From positions 8,122,001 to 8,186,000 of the forward strand of contig CM068750.1 of the NCBI GenBank assembly GCA_035084275.1: a DNA stretch of 64,000 bases, read 5' to 3'. The DNA is from Hydrolagus colliei. Lineage: Eukaryota. Positions 39,065-52,565 of the stretch are shown in pieces (within the stretch, counting starts at the first letter, position 1; each line of letters begins with the position of its first letter). Under the pieces are notes generated by a model, which saw only the letters and a list, made by a program, of their open reading frames with translations, did no database searches and was not told the origin of the DNA. The position numbers and the translations under genes were made by a program.

Positions 39065-40115
39065 CTGCAGAGAGAAAGAGAGAGATCCCACACCCTCAAT
39101 GAATGTATTTTGCCATAAACCTGAAATCCAGCCAACTGTTTTTTTTTCTCTGAAATTGATCGTCTGTGTTGCAGATGCATCCATCTCCATTGTTGGTTGT
39201 GTTTGGTTGTCTGCCATTAATTCACGTATATTCCTTCGTGGTTGACACTGCCGTGTTATTGCAGGTTAGAGCATGAGCAATCCAGTGTGTGTCCAGTCAT
39301 GGTGCCTGATGCTCAACAATCTTTAACCTTTTTTGAAGAGTCGTGCCCACCGCCAGTGCTGAAGTGGATTTGAACTCCTACCTTGATCTGTAATTTGACA
39401 CAGAGAGAGGTTGAACTTATTAATCACAAGAAGGGTTATGAAGACTTTTATCCATTCCGCGGCCAGTTCAAAGAGTTGTTTGCCTTGAGGACTGACCGGG
39501 TTATTCCCTCCCAATAGTAGATGAAGAAAGCATCCGAATAATGAAGTACTCATCCACATTTCACAGTTTTGTAAAAACAAAATCATGGACAGAATCTTTA
39601 ATACATAATGTTTCTGGACATTGTCTTTGATAACAAAATAAATAAATCTAAATGAACCAGTTAAACCGGAATTCTTATATTTTGTTGGGGCAGAGTGGGG
39701 TGTGTTGGGAGGTCCAGAGGGAAGATGAATTAAATAGTTATCTATTAGCAAAGTAATAGCAACACAAAATTATTATTTGTTCAGTTATAACATATTTCAT
39801 CATTTCAAAGCATACACATTTAAAAGCACCAGATTGATTATCTTCTACAAAATATTATGGTCAATATTATACATCAAAAATGAAGTGCCAATTGATTACA
39901 TGATGGGAATGTTTATGCATTTATGTCTTAAATATGAAAACAAAGATAATCTTGAACCTAACTAATGTATTTCTAGTCGGCGAAAGAGCAGAATATTTAG
40001 TTGGCAAACTCCCTTTGGATAGTTTGTGTGCTGTGTGAAAATATTGGTTTGATAAAAAATGGTGCCAGACATATCTTTTCACTAAACATAAATAAAACAC
40101 CGTAAAAGGTTAGTA
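39065..40115 (+). other. FUT8: FUT8 3' UTR (end uncertain: about 39665 or about 40115)
   Basis: Follows the stop codon and has no obvious interspersed repeats. AATAAA hexamers occur at 39637-39646 (two overlapping) and 40091-40096. Confidence 0.6.
39637..39646 (+). terminator. Candidate polyadenylation signal (overlapping AATAAATAAA)
   Basis: Two overlapping AATAAA hexamers at the end of a block resembling the mammalian FUT8 mRNA 3' end, with GT-rich sequence further downstream. Confidence 0.6.
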
Positions 40116-40620
40116 TTTAGGTTCAAATTCCAGTTTAGACATATTGTATTATAATGCATCTTCAAAGTGGGTATTAATTATCCAGGCTGACGTCCAATGT
40201 AATATGAAGAGTGTGCTGTAATTGTTAGAGGACTATCCTTCGGTTGAGATGTTAAACCAAGATTCTATTAGCAATCGCTGTAATTTTCAACAGTTAATTA
40301 TTAATTTGGGGTTTGCAAATTAACTATTAATCTTGGCTTTATCGGTATTTAATTAATAGGCTGTATCAATTTAAATCAAATAGCCAATGTTCAATTTCAA
40401 TACTATCTATATTTGTACAATTGCTGTGGTTCTCAGTGTTTTCTTTTTACAGGTCATTTTTTGACAGATGAGCTGCTCCATCTGATTAGGTTTTATTTTC
40501 ATGCAGTGGCAACCAATATTCTTTAAATCAAATTTGTATTTTTTAAGCTCTCTGATCCATTATACCATGTGAAGTGCGCTGTATGGTGCAGAACTTTGCA
40601 GATGATGTAATATACATAAC

Positions 40621-40688
40621 TATATTATATATATATATATATTATATATATATATATATTATATATATATATATTATATATATATATA
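40621..40688. repeat. Interrupted (TA)n microsatellite with about 15-17 nt higher-order periodicity
   Basis: Runs of (TA)7-8 are separated by a single extra T four times. Confidence 0.9.
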
Positions 40689-43026
40689 GTGCAGGTCATG
40701 GTTGTTTTTTATTTTAAAAAAAGCAAGTAATCTCAACACAAGAAAAACTTCAATCAAGTTAAATGTTGAACATATTAGATAAAACTGCCTTGATATTAAA
40801 AAAAAGATGCCTCCAAAACCTCCACATGCTAAAAGAACCCACCCTAAGTGCCATCCAAGATGCTCACTGAAACACTATGTGCTGTCATTCTTTGCTGTGC
40901 TGCATTGCATAGATGTCCTATATCAACATGTTTTTAAGAGTAGGAGTGAGACCATCTCTGCATCATCTTCCAAACAAAATGGTCTCCTGCAAAACAGGAT
41001 AAACAACAAATCTGAACTTGCGTTTAACCTCAACAATGCCCTTGTCACAAACTGAAGGATAGTGTAGATACATCATGCATGAAAAGACAAAATGCAAGAA
41101 AGATATGTATGTATTGCTTCCTTCCCAATTATCAAATGTTGGGGATACGTTTAAATTCAGTGTCAAGTTTACTTATTAATATAAATACGGTAGATTTACT
41201 TAAACTGACAAATTTATAAATCTAAACTGATAATTTATGCCCAAATTATCAATTTCAGAAAGAGGATTGAACTGAATTGAATCATGGTCCCAGAAATTAT
41301 TGACCATAAACTCTTGACCTCCGATTTCCCTAAAATATTGCCTACAATAGATTTTGTGGGGAGCGACCAACTGAGTGGAACCAACATTAAAATATTCCAC
41401 GAATTGAATTGGAAAACTCGTGTTATGATTTCATTATAGGCACTTCTTACATGGTTTCAAGCAACATTATAATCCAATCCACTACTCGTTTTTTTTTTCT
41501 AAATGTCAAGTCTGAATCTACTATTTATTAATGGAGGTAGATTGCCAAAGCAGACTATCAGATTGAGATATGAAGCAGTATAGAATTGCATTTCATCTAT
41601 CTAAAATAGTAATGATTCCTGTCCTTTGAAAATATTATCAGTTAATCTGATTTCTCTCTTCAACTTGAAACTGAATAATCTGAATTTCTTCAATGCAATT
41701 TATTGGAATTTCAGAAACCCTAACAAAGAACACTGTGAACAGTCCAAATGTATTTTGCAAAATGTATATGAAAATTCACCAGGTCAATTATTGATTTATC
41801 CTTTTTTTGTATTAAGAAATGTCAGCAAAAGTCCAAATCCAATTTTCACCAGAAAAGAAATTGATCATCCAATGATGCCAGCTGTGAGCTTTAAAAGATA
41901 TAAATTAAGAGCAAGCATTTCATAGCCCGATGGTCCTGGAAAATGGAGTAGGAGATGGGGCAGTCAGGTTTCAGTTTCACACAAAAAGGGAACAGGTGTC
42001 TGGTGAGAGATACTATTGAGTCTTCCCTCTGAGTTCTTTCATGGCACGATAAATTATTTAAGGGAACAGCTTGAATCGAAGGAGACTACTGATAAACTGC
42101 TCATTTGCACAACCGGCAGATAAAAATTAGTTTGTTTCAGTGTTAAGTCATGGATAAAATCGATGCTGTCAGCAGCCGTCACTGACATATTTAATACTGG
42201 AACTTGTGCAGTCAGAGTATTTCTATCAGAAGAGCCTCTAGCCTTGGGCTTAGACATTGGAAGTATTGTGAAAGTCACCATATGCAGGCATGTCAGTTTG
42301 GGTTGGAGTTCAATTCTGATAAATATATAATTGTAATTAGTTGCTAGAAAATATCATGTTACATTCTGTATTTAGCTTGAATCAAAATTTCCAAAGATGA
42401 CAGCTAGTTTGTAAAATTTGTGGTATAACATATTTATGCTTGTTTATTCTACAATGGAGTTGATTCATTTTTTCATGTCAAATTGATTTTAAAATTTGCA
42501 TTACATATAACAGATACTTTCTATATTGTGCACAGCTCCTGAACTCAAATGTCCTTAGTTGCACATGCATAGAGTGTTCTTCAATCCCATGGTGAGGAAG
42601 AAATACCAATCATTTTCATGCATCAAGAGACATAACTATTTACTCCAGCACTGGAAATGAGCCAGCGGCGATGCATTTAGCAATTCCGTCTAAACAACTG
42701 CAATTAAAAAGACTTTATCTTTAGAATCATTAATGATCAGGAATAGGCTTCCTCTTTTTGTTTGGCTTGGGGAAGATTGTCGCCCCCAATTGTCTCAATC
42801 CTTCTTCTAAAAGCTTTGTGACTCCTTTTTTCAGTACTGTGACTTAATTCCTGTGTGCTCCTTTCAGAATATTTGATGAGAAACATTGCAACTAGGCCTG
42901 ATCCTGTCTTCTCATATGTCTGAAGTCCACAAACGTGCATGTTTAGGAGTGAATGCTGGCTGGTTTGTAAAATTTGTGCTGTAGCTTCTCAAGTTTCTCC
43001 AGTCATTATTCCTGAAGCTAATTGTA

Positions 43027-43207
43027 ATATTGCGCACAGCAGTATCCCACAAGCAGTCGTGGATTGAAATGACCAATTTTTTTTTGAGGGACTATTATCA
43101 GCTGTGTGGAGTAAGGAAACTTGCCCAAGGTTTCACCCTGCCTGGAATTCAACCCACATCTCTCGCTTGTAAGGCTAGTGCTCTAACCACTGAGCTACAG
43201 GACTCCA
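43027..43207 (-). mobile_element. Internally deleted tRNA-headed Deu-SINE
   Basis: gcgcacagcagtatcccacaagcagtcgtggattga...ggagtaaggaaacttgcccaagg...gtgctctaaccactgagctacaggactcc. Confidence 0.8.
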
Positions 43208-44654
43208 CAGAACCTTGGGATATCCTCCCAAAGTGAAAGAAGTTGTACAAACATAAAATTGTTATTGTATTGTAAAGATAACTTTTTTTAATTCATTTCC
43301 ACTTCAGGTGGTCAGGCGTCATTTTCATGCTAACTGGTGAAGGTGGTGAAACACTGTACCACAAGTAAACTAGTTGTTTTGGTGTAGACTGGCAGAGAAG
43401 GTCTCAAGATTGACTTATAAAATTTTAATGTCCAATTAAAGCAAACTGTTTGTTACTGAGATGTGCTTTAAAGAGGTTCACAAATAAATTTCCTCAGACA
43501 GTTCACTTTCCTATCCCATCTAGTACATCAATCTATTGACAGCTGTAGTTCAGAAAAATTTGTAGCCGATAAACTAAGCATTTAATTTGAGCCATATCTT
43601 TGCCTCAACATGACTGATCGATACTTTATTGAATTATTGAAGGCGATTGAATCAATTGAAGCAACAGGTTCAGAGGCCGTAAAAGTCAATGTTCCTGACA
43701 AGATCATCCCTATCTAATCTTTGTCTAAGTTCTGGTGACTGTTCAATCGGCACAGTACCTACTATCTTATCGACCATCAGCATTACAATGGACAATTGGA
43801 GAGTATGTGAATTAAGTACACATCATTTCAAGTCTGTAACAGACTATGGACTTCCACTAAAATAGAAAACTTCTTTCTCCAATGCCAAGCAGCATGAGGT
43901 TTCAAGGAAATTGAATTAGCCATGAGTTCAAAGGAGTTGAAGTGAATGTTGTTGCTTGAATCAAAAACTAAATAATCTTTTCTTACAATTCCAGTATTGT
44001 ATTTGTTTGCCATGTGTTATATGAGTGAGATCAGAAATGTTGTGCTCATCTGACAAACAGGTACTGTAAGTAATTTCCCTTGATAAAGCAAAATAATTTT
44101 TGAATTGATTCCACAGATTTAAAAACTGAAATACTCAGCCATAATCCAAAACACCCATTTGAGGCAAAATAAAACTAAAACGCATGATTTTTGTTTGAAT
44201 TAAAATACTTGTTATCTTAGTTTAAAGTAACTGTGCAATTTTAACAAAAATTAGATGAATAATTTCCCAAATATCTAGGTGCAGTACTTGGTTGTCTAGA
44301 TACTTAGATTACTTAAGACATTGTTAAGATCAGTTTGCAAATTCCGACACAGATTGAAATCATTACCAATTTGTTTCTACAAAACTGAACTAAAATCACC
44401 AATTGGAGCTGAGAAGCAGTGCAATTAACAAGTCACACCATAATCTCTAAATACGGTGTATGATATTTGCATTATAAGGCACTTTGTGAAGCTTTCCACT
44501 CCTGCAATGCCAGCCATTGCTTTTTCAAGGAGGACAGGGCTGGATAGAAGGTTGTTGTGTAGGGAAAGAAGCAGAGAGCTTTACCACAGTGGGAGGCCCT
44601 ACAGAAATACACAACTCAATCCTACCCTGTCAGAGGAGCATTTTGCACAGGGAT

Positions 44655-44965
44655 AAAGTAATAATAATAATTCCTGCATTTGACATTGAGCCTCATATGG
44701 TTGAAATGTCTCAAAGAGCCTCACAGAAATTCAATGCCGAGTGTAGTCACTCTGTATGCAAATGAAAGCCAATTTTGCATACAGTAATGTCGCTCAGATT
44801 GGTATAAGTGAATGATTTGTATATCTGGTAGATTGTTGGCCGAGTCAGCCACAACCACAACTTTCTCATTTAGAGTAGTGGCATGGGGTCTTTAGCATTG
44901 GTGGGATCTTTGTTGTTCACCTGAACAGAGTTGAACATTCATTTAAAAAGGACTGCACCTCAGAC
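44655..44965 (-). mobile_element. Degenerate Deu-SINE
   Basis: taataataataattcctgcatttgac...atgtctcaaagagcctcacag...gtgtagtcac...gggatctttgttgttcacctgaac. Confidence 0.65.
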
Positions 44966-46644
44966 ATCCGACTTGTCAGATTATTAGGTAAATGTTTTTT
45001 AAGAATACCTATCTGGTGCAAGATTAACCATCAATTAATCAAATTCAATAGTGATTAGTTGAAAAGGTACAGCAGACAGTCTTTGGGTCACACATGGCTT
45101 CACTGATGCAGTGTTTTTGAGGTTTAGCCATGTTGAAAGAAAAACGTGGAGAAACAGTTGGAGAAATGGAAACAATTTCAGATGATTGAATTTTGTTGAT
45201 AGCATTTCACAAGTGAGCAAAGATGGAATCATCAGCAGATGGTGAAAGATTGATTCTAGCCAAGGAAGCCTTCCTCTCTTTGCAACATATTTCTGTCCAA
45301 AGAAAGTGTCCAAATCCTGTATTTGGGAGGTTACTATCCTTCACTTAGAATATATGGCATCAGCTCTGCAGCATCTGTGCCATAGTCCTGCCAAAAGACA
45401 GCACTGCCAAGATTGTATGCAGTATCGTTTACTACTTACTCTATTGAGTATGATTCACAAACAGCTCGCTTGTAAGAACTGTCACAAGCTTCACCACTAG
45501 TGAATTCAACAGGTGGCTCAAGCTCCTCAACTATCGGTAAAAACAGCCTCAGCATGCATTTTTAAATTAACAGCACAGGCTTTGCTGAGGTAGCTTTTTG
45601 ACATGAAAAGCTATTCAACATGAAAATCATGATTGTGTCATGAAGATTGCCTTTCAATAAGATTTTTCTTCTCTCTCATGGCCAGACCCAATTATGAAAA
45701 TGGATGTTGCCTTGCAGACTCTCTCAAGTGAGTATTTCCCTGGATGAAACCACAGCATATCAGCCCTTCTCAATGTCCTATACAATGAGTACAGTTTGTG
45801 TATGTTTCAATGTTGTAAGAAGTGGCCCACAACTTCATAAGACTACCTTTATCTACCTCTTCGTACAATAGCTAGTTTCAGAGAACCATTGGTGAAGCAA
45901 ATAACTTGTGTGTCCTTCAGCCACAGGGCAGGCTTGAAAGAAGACCTTGTTGTATGTTTTATTCATTTCTATTTTATACTAAAGATATTGGAAGGGTTGT
46001 TCTTTGCTCGTGGGTGAACTTTCTGACTTTGTACTGTGAGCTTCTAATAGTCCCATTATAAACTTACATTGCTAAGGTTGGTAAACTTACTGATGATTCC
46101 AAATCATCCCTATGGACAAACTCACTGTGGCAATGTTCCATACTCCTCAAATGTTGTTGGATAATAGGCATTATGCATTAAAAATCATTAGCATGGCACA
46201 GTTTCCTCTGAGCAGTCTATTGCAATTTCAACAGCCATTATTCACACTTGTCATTTAATCAATTGCTAGGTATTACAATCGAGACCTATTTTTCCTTAAT
46301 ATGAATTAATTGTGGGAAAAGTTTAAGTTTGTTTTAAATTCAGTGAGCCAACACTGTCCATTACAATTTATAAAGTAAATCGCCTCATTTGAAACATTTA
46401 AACTGAAAATTAGCTGTGCTTTCTGCAAGAAGATTCAAAAAGTACTGTGGCAGCCTAAAGTATATTGATCAATTTTCAGAGATGAAACTAAAATAACGGA
46501 CATTAACCTAGTTTATAAAACCTTTGATAACATAAAATGTAACCCATTCTTGTTCCTTTGCTCTCCCAAATTACAATTTTAAGCCCACCACTTTCTTTTA
46601 GCCTCTCGGTTTTTGTCCATGTTTTCCTTGCATTTTTACAGAAG

Positions 46645-46870
46645 TTGAGCCTTGCTGTGATATAGCCTTGCCCAAGTGATAGTTCTTATGTGTGAGCCTT
46701 GATGATGAGATTTCAGCTATCTGTCCAACCATGAACATTATATGCTTTTGTCACCCAACATTCATATTGACACAACTACATTTTCCAGCAAAATAATTAA
46801 GAAAAATAGCAATTAAAGGAAGACCCTTAAGTGATGGTTTCTTTAGATAGCTGAGCCATGTTGACCGAGA
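46645..46870 (-). mobile_element. Ancient SINE fragment (AmnSINE2-like, tentative)
   Basis: cttgcccaagtga...ttcttatgtgtgagcct...ttttccagca resembles a second, older SINE family also seen at about 54165(+), 24995(-) and 29290(-). The family name is from recall. Confidence 0.4.
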
Positions 46871-49800
46871 ATGGCTTCATCAGCTCCTAAATATTCAACT
46901 ATGGGACATTTTGTATGATTAAATATAAGGCATTAAGAAGTTTTCTTTAACACATTTTAAAGTATTCTTATCTACAGTAAATTCTCTTCTACCAGAAGTG
47001 CAGTTTTTCTCTGTTAACTGGAAATGCTTTTTCCGGGTAGAGTTTGAAGATGATTGTGTATTCTTTAAACATTGGTATTTATTCATGCACTTTCTCTGAT
47101 TGTACAGGTCAAAAATGCAATAATTTAACTCTGGAAGATCATATTGCCAATCTTATTTACAATTTATAAGTACCATTACCTTCTTTGTGAAAATGACATG
47201 GGGATAATACAACGTGGTTTATAATGTTAAATCAGATGAATCGACAACGTAATGCCGCAGTGACGAATTGACATAAACCATAGAGTGTTGTTATACAGAA
47301 ACCTGTACAGATTGTTAATTCCAAATAGGCCTATCATCATTGAACAGCAATTATTCAAGTGTCCTAGGTCAATAATTGCAACTGGGTGAGTTGGTTAACC
47401 TTTATTTTGTATCTGCACAAACCTGTCATCTTCAGTTATTTTCAAATTCGGTATTGTAACGCTACTTCACTGTGTGCTATTGACCAAATATCTACCCAAA
47501 AGAATGTTATTGGTTTGGTTAACACAGTGAATAGCTAGTTGGATGACACAGAATACCACAAACTCAGCAGATCCAGGGGTAAAGGTTTTCAGCAGCAACA
47601 CAGTGAAAAGGGTGTGCAACAAGGAAGGGCTCACCTTACCCACCTCTTTCACGGTTGACTCCATCAAAGCTTCTCTCGACCTTTGTATTCTCTTGAGGAA
47701 GGAGAACCTCAGAGATAAGGTTTCCAGAAACTTAAGAATATTATCTCCTCCTTATTCTTCCCTTATTTCTCTTCAGGATAATCTCAGGCTGGTGTTTGTT
47801 CTGTTACAGGCATTGTTTGAACCCTGTAAAAAGGCAAACCACCTAAATTCAGAATGAGTTACCTGTGCGCAGAGCTCCATCATTCTAATTGTAGCTGAAT
47901 TTATTCTCATTCTCTTCTACTGCATGCAATTCTTCTGTTAAAATTATTTTGCTCTGAATCTGTACAATTTCAAAAAAGAATGCATTAAACAGAGTATAGG
48001 GAAGAAATTGCACTTATGTTTGCTTACTTCTTAAATGTTATTGGTAACATGCAATGTTAACCTTTCTGATCGTAACCTTGATCTGAACAATTGTTTAATT
48101 TTATGGAGTGTATAATGTGTTTGGAGTTACTGAGGGAATGAATGTTTGTTGATGAATTCATATTGTCATGAGAACAGAGAGGTGAAAGACTGGTGTCTTG
48201 ATCAGAATTTGGGACGTGAACACATTATCTCGGTGGTGGCCTATTCAAAGGCATTCCAGCAACTTTAGTCTCTGCCTTTCACAATGTCTTCTGGTGGAGA
48301 AGGGTTATTATGATATTTGTGATCTTGTGTGATCAGCTCTCGTTTACTTTTGGTTAGGTTGGGTTTCTTTACATTCTGAATGATATTCAGAATATCAGAA
48401 ATAATGCAGAGTTTTGTGCCATTAGGCATAATTTATGATTTGCTATGGCAGAGTTTTGTGCAAAGAATAAATTAAAGGCAAGTGCTCGATCTTTTCATTC
48501 ATACCTACTGCTCTATTTCAGATTCTGATGCATTTAATATAGATATTAACACATTCAGTTTAAGATATCTGCTATAATCCTATAAACAGCAATTCTGATA
48601 TTGAGTATGTAGAAAAACTAATGTATGCAATCAAATGACATACGTTAATCCTAAATAAGTTCAGCAATACCAGGCATTTCTTACAAGAGAATTACCAACA
48701 CAACACTGTATAAACTATATTATGAGTTTGCAATGCTATATTACACTCGACGGTGGTAAGAACAACCTTTCACCAAAAAGTAAGATGCATCAGTTTAATT
48801 GTATTCAATAATGTAGCAGATCACATAAATTATTTATTGATTATTTGTAGTCAATACAGGCCATTTTGCTGTTCATTTTATCATATTCAAATAGAAAAGA
48901 ATAAATCACATTCTGGTTCTTTGTTAAATTACAGCAATCAATATTTTCATGTTGGTAATCTAAGTGTATGCTACAGAGAGCCAGGGAAACATATTGGAAT
49001 TTTGCTTTTGTGGCTTTGCTTCTGATTTACAACAGCAATTTAAGTACAGAATAGAGGGTTCGATGTTAGAAAGATTTGATAATGCCTTTGAAAAGTCTCT
49101 CACTTGATTATTATAATACAATTTTGCTCTGATATGATTTTTAATACAGTAATATTATTGCAGTGCGTCCAGAAAAACACAGCTAGCTATTTAACAAAAT
49201 AAACTTACAAAGGAGATAATGTGTTGCTATTATTGGCTGTAATTTAGATTTCTTGTAATTTTCTCCACATTAATGTGAGCTCCGCAGGCAATATAGTCCC
49301 TGTGCAACACTCCCAATATGTTATCCCATATGAAGGGCCAGTATAAATCCAAAATGTTGTTAATCATTTGAAGAATATGTATCTCTCACGTAGAAATACA
49401 CGCAATGTTCAGCTATGTAAAGTAGCAAAAGAGTTGCTTCCATGACAGGCAGGATTACACTGGAGTAAGCAGCGGATCAATTTCCGACACTACAGAATTG
49501 CATCAGTTTTGCACCACAGCGATTGTGCGCCTACGAAAGGGATTCTTCAGCACATGCATGGTAGCATTTGGCGCATCAACACAATGTAATGGCTCCTTAT
49601 CTTTTGTATTAAAATATTGTTAAATTTTTCACGTCTTGCTTATTTAGGCCCCCAAACTTTCCGCTAACCTTACAAAAGATAAGGAGCTGTCTGCTGTGAT
49701 GCATGCATGTATGGTGTGAAAAATGCTCAGAGATAGGTTTGAAGTCTATCAGGCTGCTCAGCTGGGTTGTACTTTTCCTATTAAATGTATCTGTCTCTGG

Positions 49801-51309
49801 AATCGCAAAATGGTTTCTCGCCCACAGGGTCTGGAAGCTTTTGCATAAAGCATACCAGGAGTTATAGAATCCTGGGAGAATTGCATGTTTTTCTGCTCAT
49901 TTGTTTGAAGCAAAAGTGTAGCATTTGGATATGGGCATTTACCAAGCACTGTAGCTAGTCTCAACAAAACAGTAGTTTCCCTATGCCATCACCATCTTTG
50001 CCCTACGATCAGGCATCTTGCACATTCTTCAAAATGGACAAAACAAAACAACTCAAAACCCATAAAGCTGTACAAGACATAATGCTTGTTTCAACCTTCA
50101 AGCACTGAGGTGTGAGATATGCTCTGCACCGCAGAACCATAATCACCTTCAAGCAGCTGTGTGATGTGCTCTAGAACAGTTTCTTCAGAGGCACCATTAT
50201 TATTCTGTGTGAATGACCTTGTGCATTGATGCATATTGCAGAGGGATTTTCATATGCAATTTAAAAATCGAAAATTCTGGTTGCCAAAGATGTCTCACTG
50301 CCATGTCCAATCTTCTCAATTGTTCCCAAGTACCAGGTCAATCATTGTAATAATACAGTAAGTAGGATTGAAATCTGGACTAAATTCCCAAAGCAAAATT
50401 GAGATACTTCAAATTGATTTATAAATTTGTTCATTGTGAAATCTCTCTTTCTTCCTCTCCTATGCTAGCATTTTCCTTGCAGCAGGAGGTAACCAAAGAT
50501 TGGGTGATATGTGCAAATAGAGGTACAGTACTTTACTTTTTTAAGAAACAACAAAGGTATTCACATATGTCGTCTGATTCCTAACAGTGTTTATTTATTC
50601 ATGGTGGCCGAGTGAGAGAGGAAGAGGTGACATTCTGATCACTAAGAATCCAGTGGTACCTTATGGTGGAACTGCAGTGAGTGTCAGTCTATCTGTCAGT
50701 CAAGGACAGCAACAGGTTTCCTGGATGAAATCCCCAAACTTTAGCTAGCATCTTATAGTTTAAGATATAAACCATTCCCCGAAAGAATACGTGCACTGAC
50801 AGATATTAGTATTTCTACCAGCTGTGCTGGTTTGCCCATTGGTGTTAATTTAATTTGTGGCAGAAAGGCAATTTTATTCGAAATCTGGACAGAAAATGTG
50901 AACCTTCCACACTTGAGTTGCTTCAGAAATGTTTCCACTGCAAATGATTTTTTTAAGCTCTTCATCACTGATTAGCAATTGGCATCTTTTTGTTCTTTGA
51001 TGCCCCTAATCAGTCTGCCACTTCTTTCACTCATCACTCTATCCAGGCATTCTTAAAGCCAGATGTACAATGTGAATAAATGACAATGAATTATGGATTT
51101 TGTAAAGTGAACCGTAGACTCTGTGATTGAATAATCTATGCTGGATGAATGCTCAAAAAAACAATCACTGCGTTTGACAAAATATGAGACTATTTCTGAT
51201 CTGCTTTCATTTCCCATAGATTAAATGCATTTAATTTGGCATTCCAGTTGAAAAGTGGCAATTTCTAAGAGTAAACAACTCTGAACAGACAATTACTACA
51301 ATAAGAAAA

Positions 51310-51530
51310 TAAATCACTGCATTTGATAAAGCGCCTTATCTCGTCGCTGAGACATCTCAAAGCAGTTCATAGAATATATTGTAAAAAAGATTGGCTGTGT
51401 ATTTTGTAGGTGAAATGCAGCAGCTAAATGCGCATAGCAGCGTTCACAAACAGTGAGGACTTTCAGCGCCTTGGGACGTCTTCCCGACGTGAAAGGCAAC
51501 CTAGAAATGTAATTTTGTGGTTTGTTGTTG
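51310..51530. mobile_element. Minus-strand SINE tail joined to a plus-strand L2 tail
   Basis: tgcatttgataaagcgccttatc...gagacatctcaaagcagttcatag (-) is followed by cagcgccttgggacgtcttcccgacgtgaaaggc...gttgttg (+). Confidence 0.75.
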
Positions 51531-52254
51531 TATGGTCATAATTTTTTAAACCATGAATATTGATGCATTAACAATCTCTTCAAAATCACCAAAATTATAT
51601 CAAACAATTGCAATGCAACTAATAGAGTCCCATTCAAACAATATTTGCCCCATACTTATTTTCTAGAGTCATGAGTGCGACTGACTCGCAACAAAACCTA
51701 AGCAGGATGCAAGTGGAGAAGCTTCAAAGTTCAGAATGGCATGCTGGCAATACAGTAAAACCTTTCCAAGATGTTTAAGTTTTTTTTAATCAACGTTAAT
51801 AGTTATTTGTATAGAGCTTTTTGTTTGAATTGCTGTTGATGTAATTGGGGGCAGTTTGACAGTAAATTTTACTGAGACCAATAGTGGGGCAAAGCTGAAT
51901 TGCAAGCAGAATTGACAAGATTGATAAATGTATTGGCTTGACAACTGCATTTGCATTGATCTGCTTCAAGGTCTGGATTTCAGGCTTTCAAAGAAAAACT
52001 GAAGCAAATGGAAATGGTGACAAATTAGCCAGCAAGTTTGTCAATAGAAAGCAGAAAACAGTGATAACTGGAAGAGGATTTTTTTTAATAAGAAATCTGT
52101 TACAGTGATTATATTATAGATGACATGGAGGTAGGGTTCTTGTTTTGTATTATAAAACTTGCCGATGTCACCTAACTGTGTCCACAAGTGAAAGCATAAG
52201 GAAGATGAATGCCATTGAAAACAGATTTGGATCATGAATAAGGATGAGTTATAG

Positions 52255-52565
52255 ATTGGCTGTTGGAATTAAATACAGCTAAGTATGATGCTTTTATATT
52301 GATGCAGAAAGCCCTGACATACATGTCTACAATGTCCATTACCAAAAGTGGTAGGATACAGGGCTGATTAATGATCATTCACATCCAATCAATATAAGGC
52401 TGTTTTCGATGTAGTTAATCAAAAACTGGGATTTGTTGAGGAGATTCAATATCAAATCAGATCAAGTTACTTTAATCCTGTTTAACAGATTGGTTTGGAA
52501 AGTTATGTTGTGCTTTGGGCATCTTGTGTTCATAAGAACTTGGATATATTGGAGGATTGTTTCTG
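52255..52565 (+). mobile_element. Highly degenerate CR1 RT-region fragment
   Basis: Decayed W...FN..K...L...LG.I...Y....FW.P....DI..LE pattern, e.g. tgtgctttgggcatc...gaacttggatatattggag. Confidence 0.4.
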
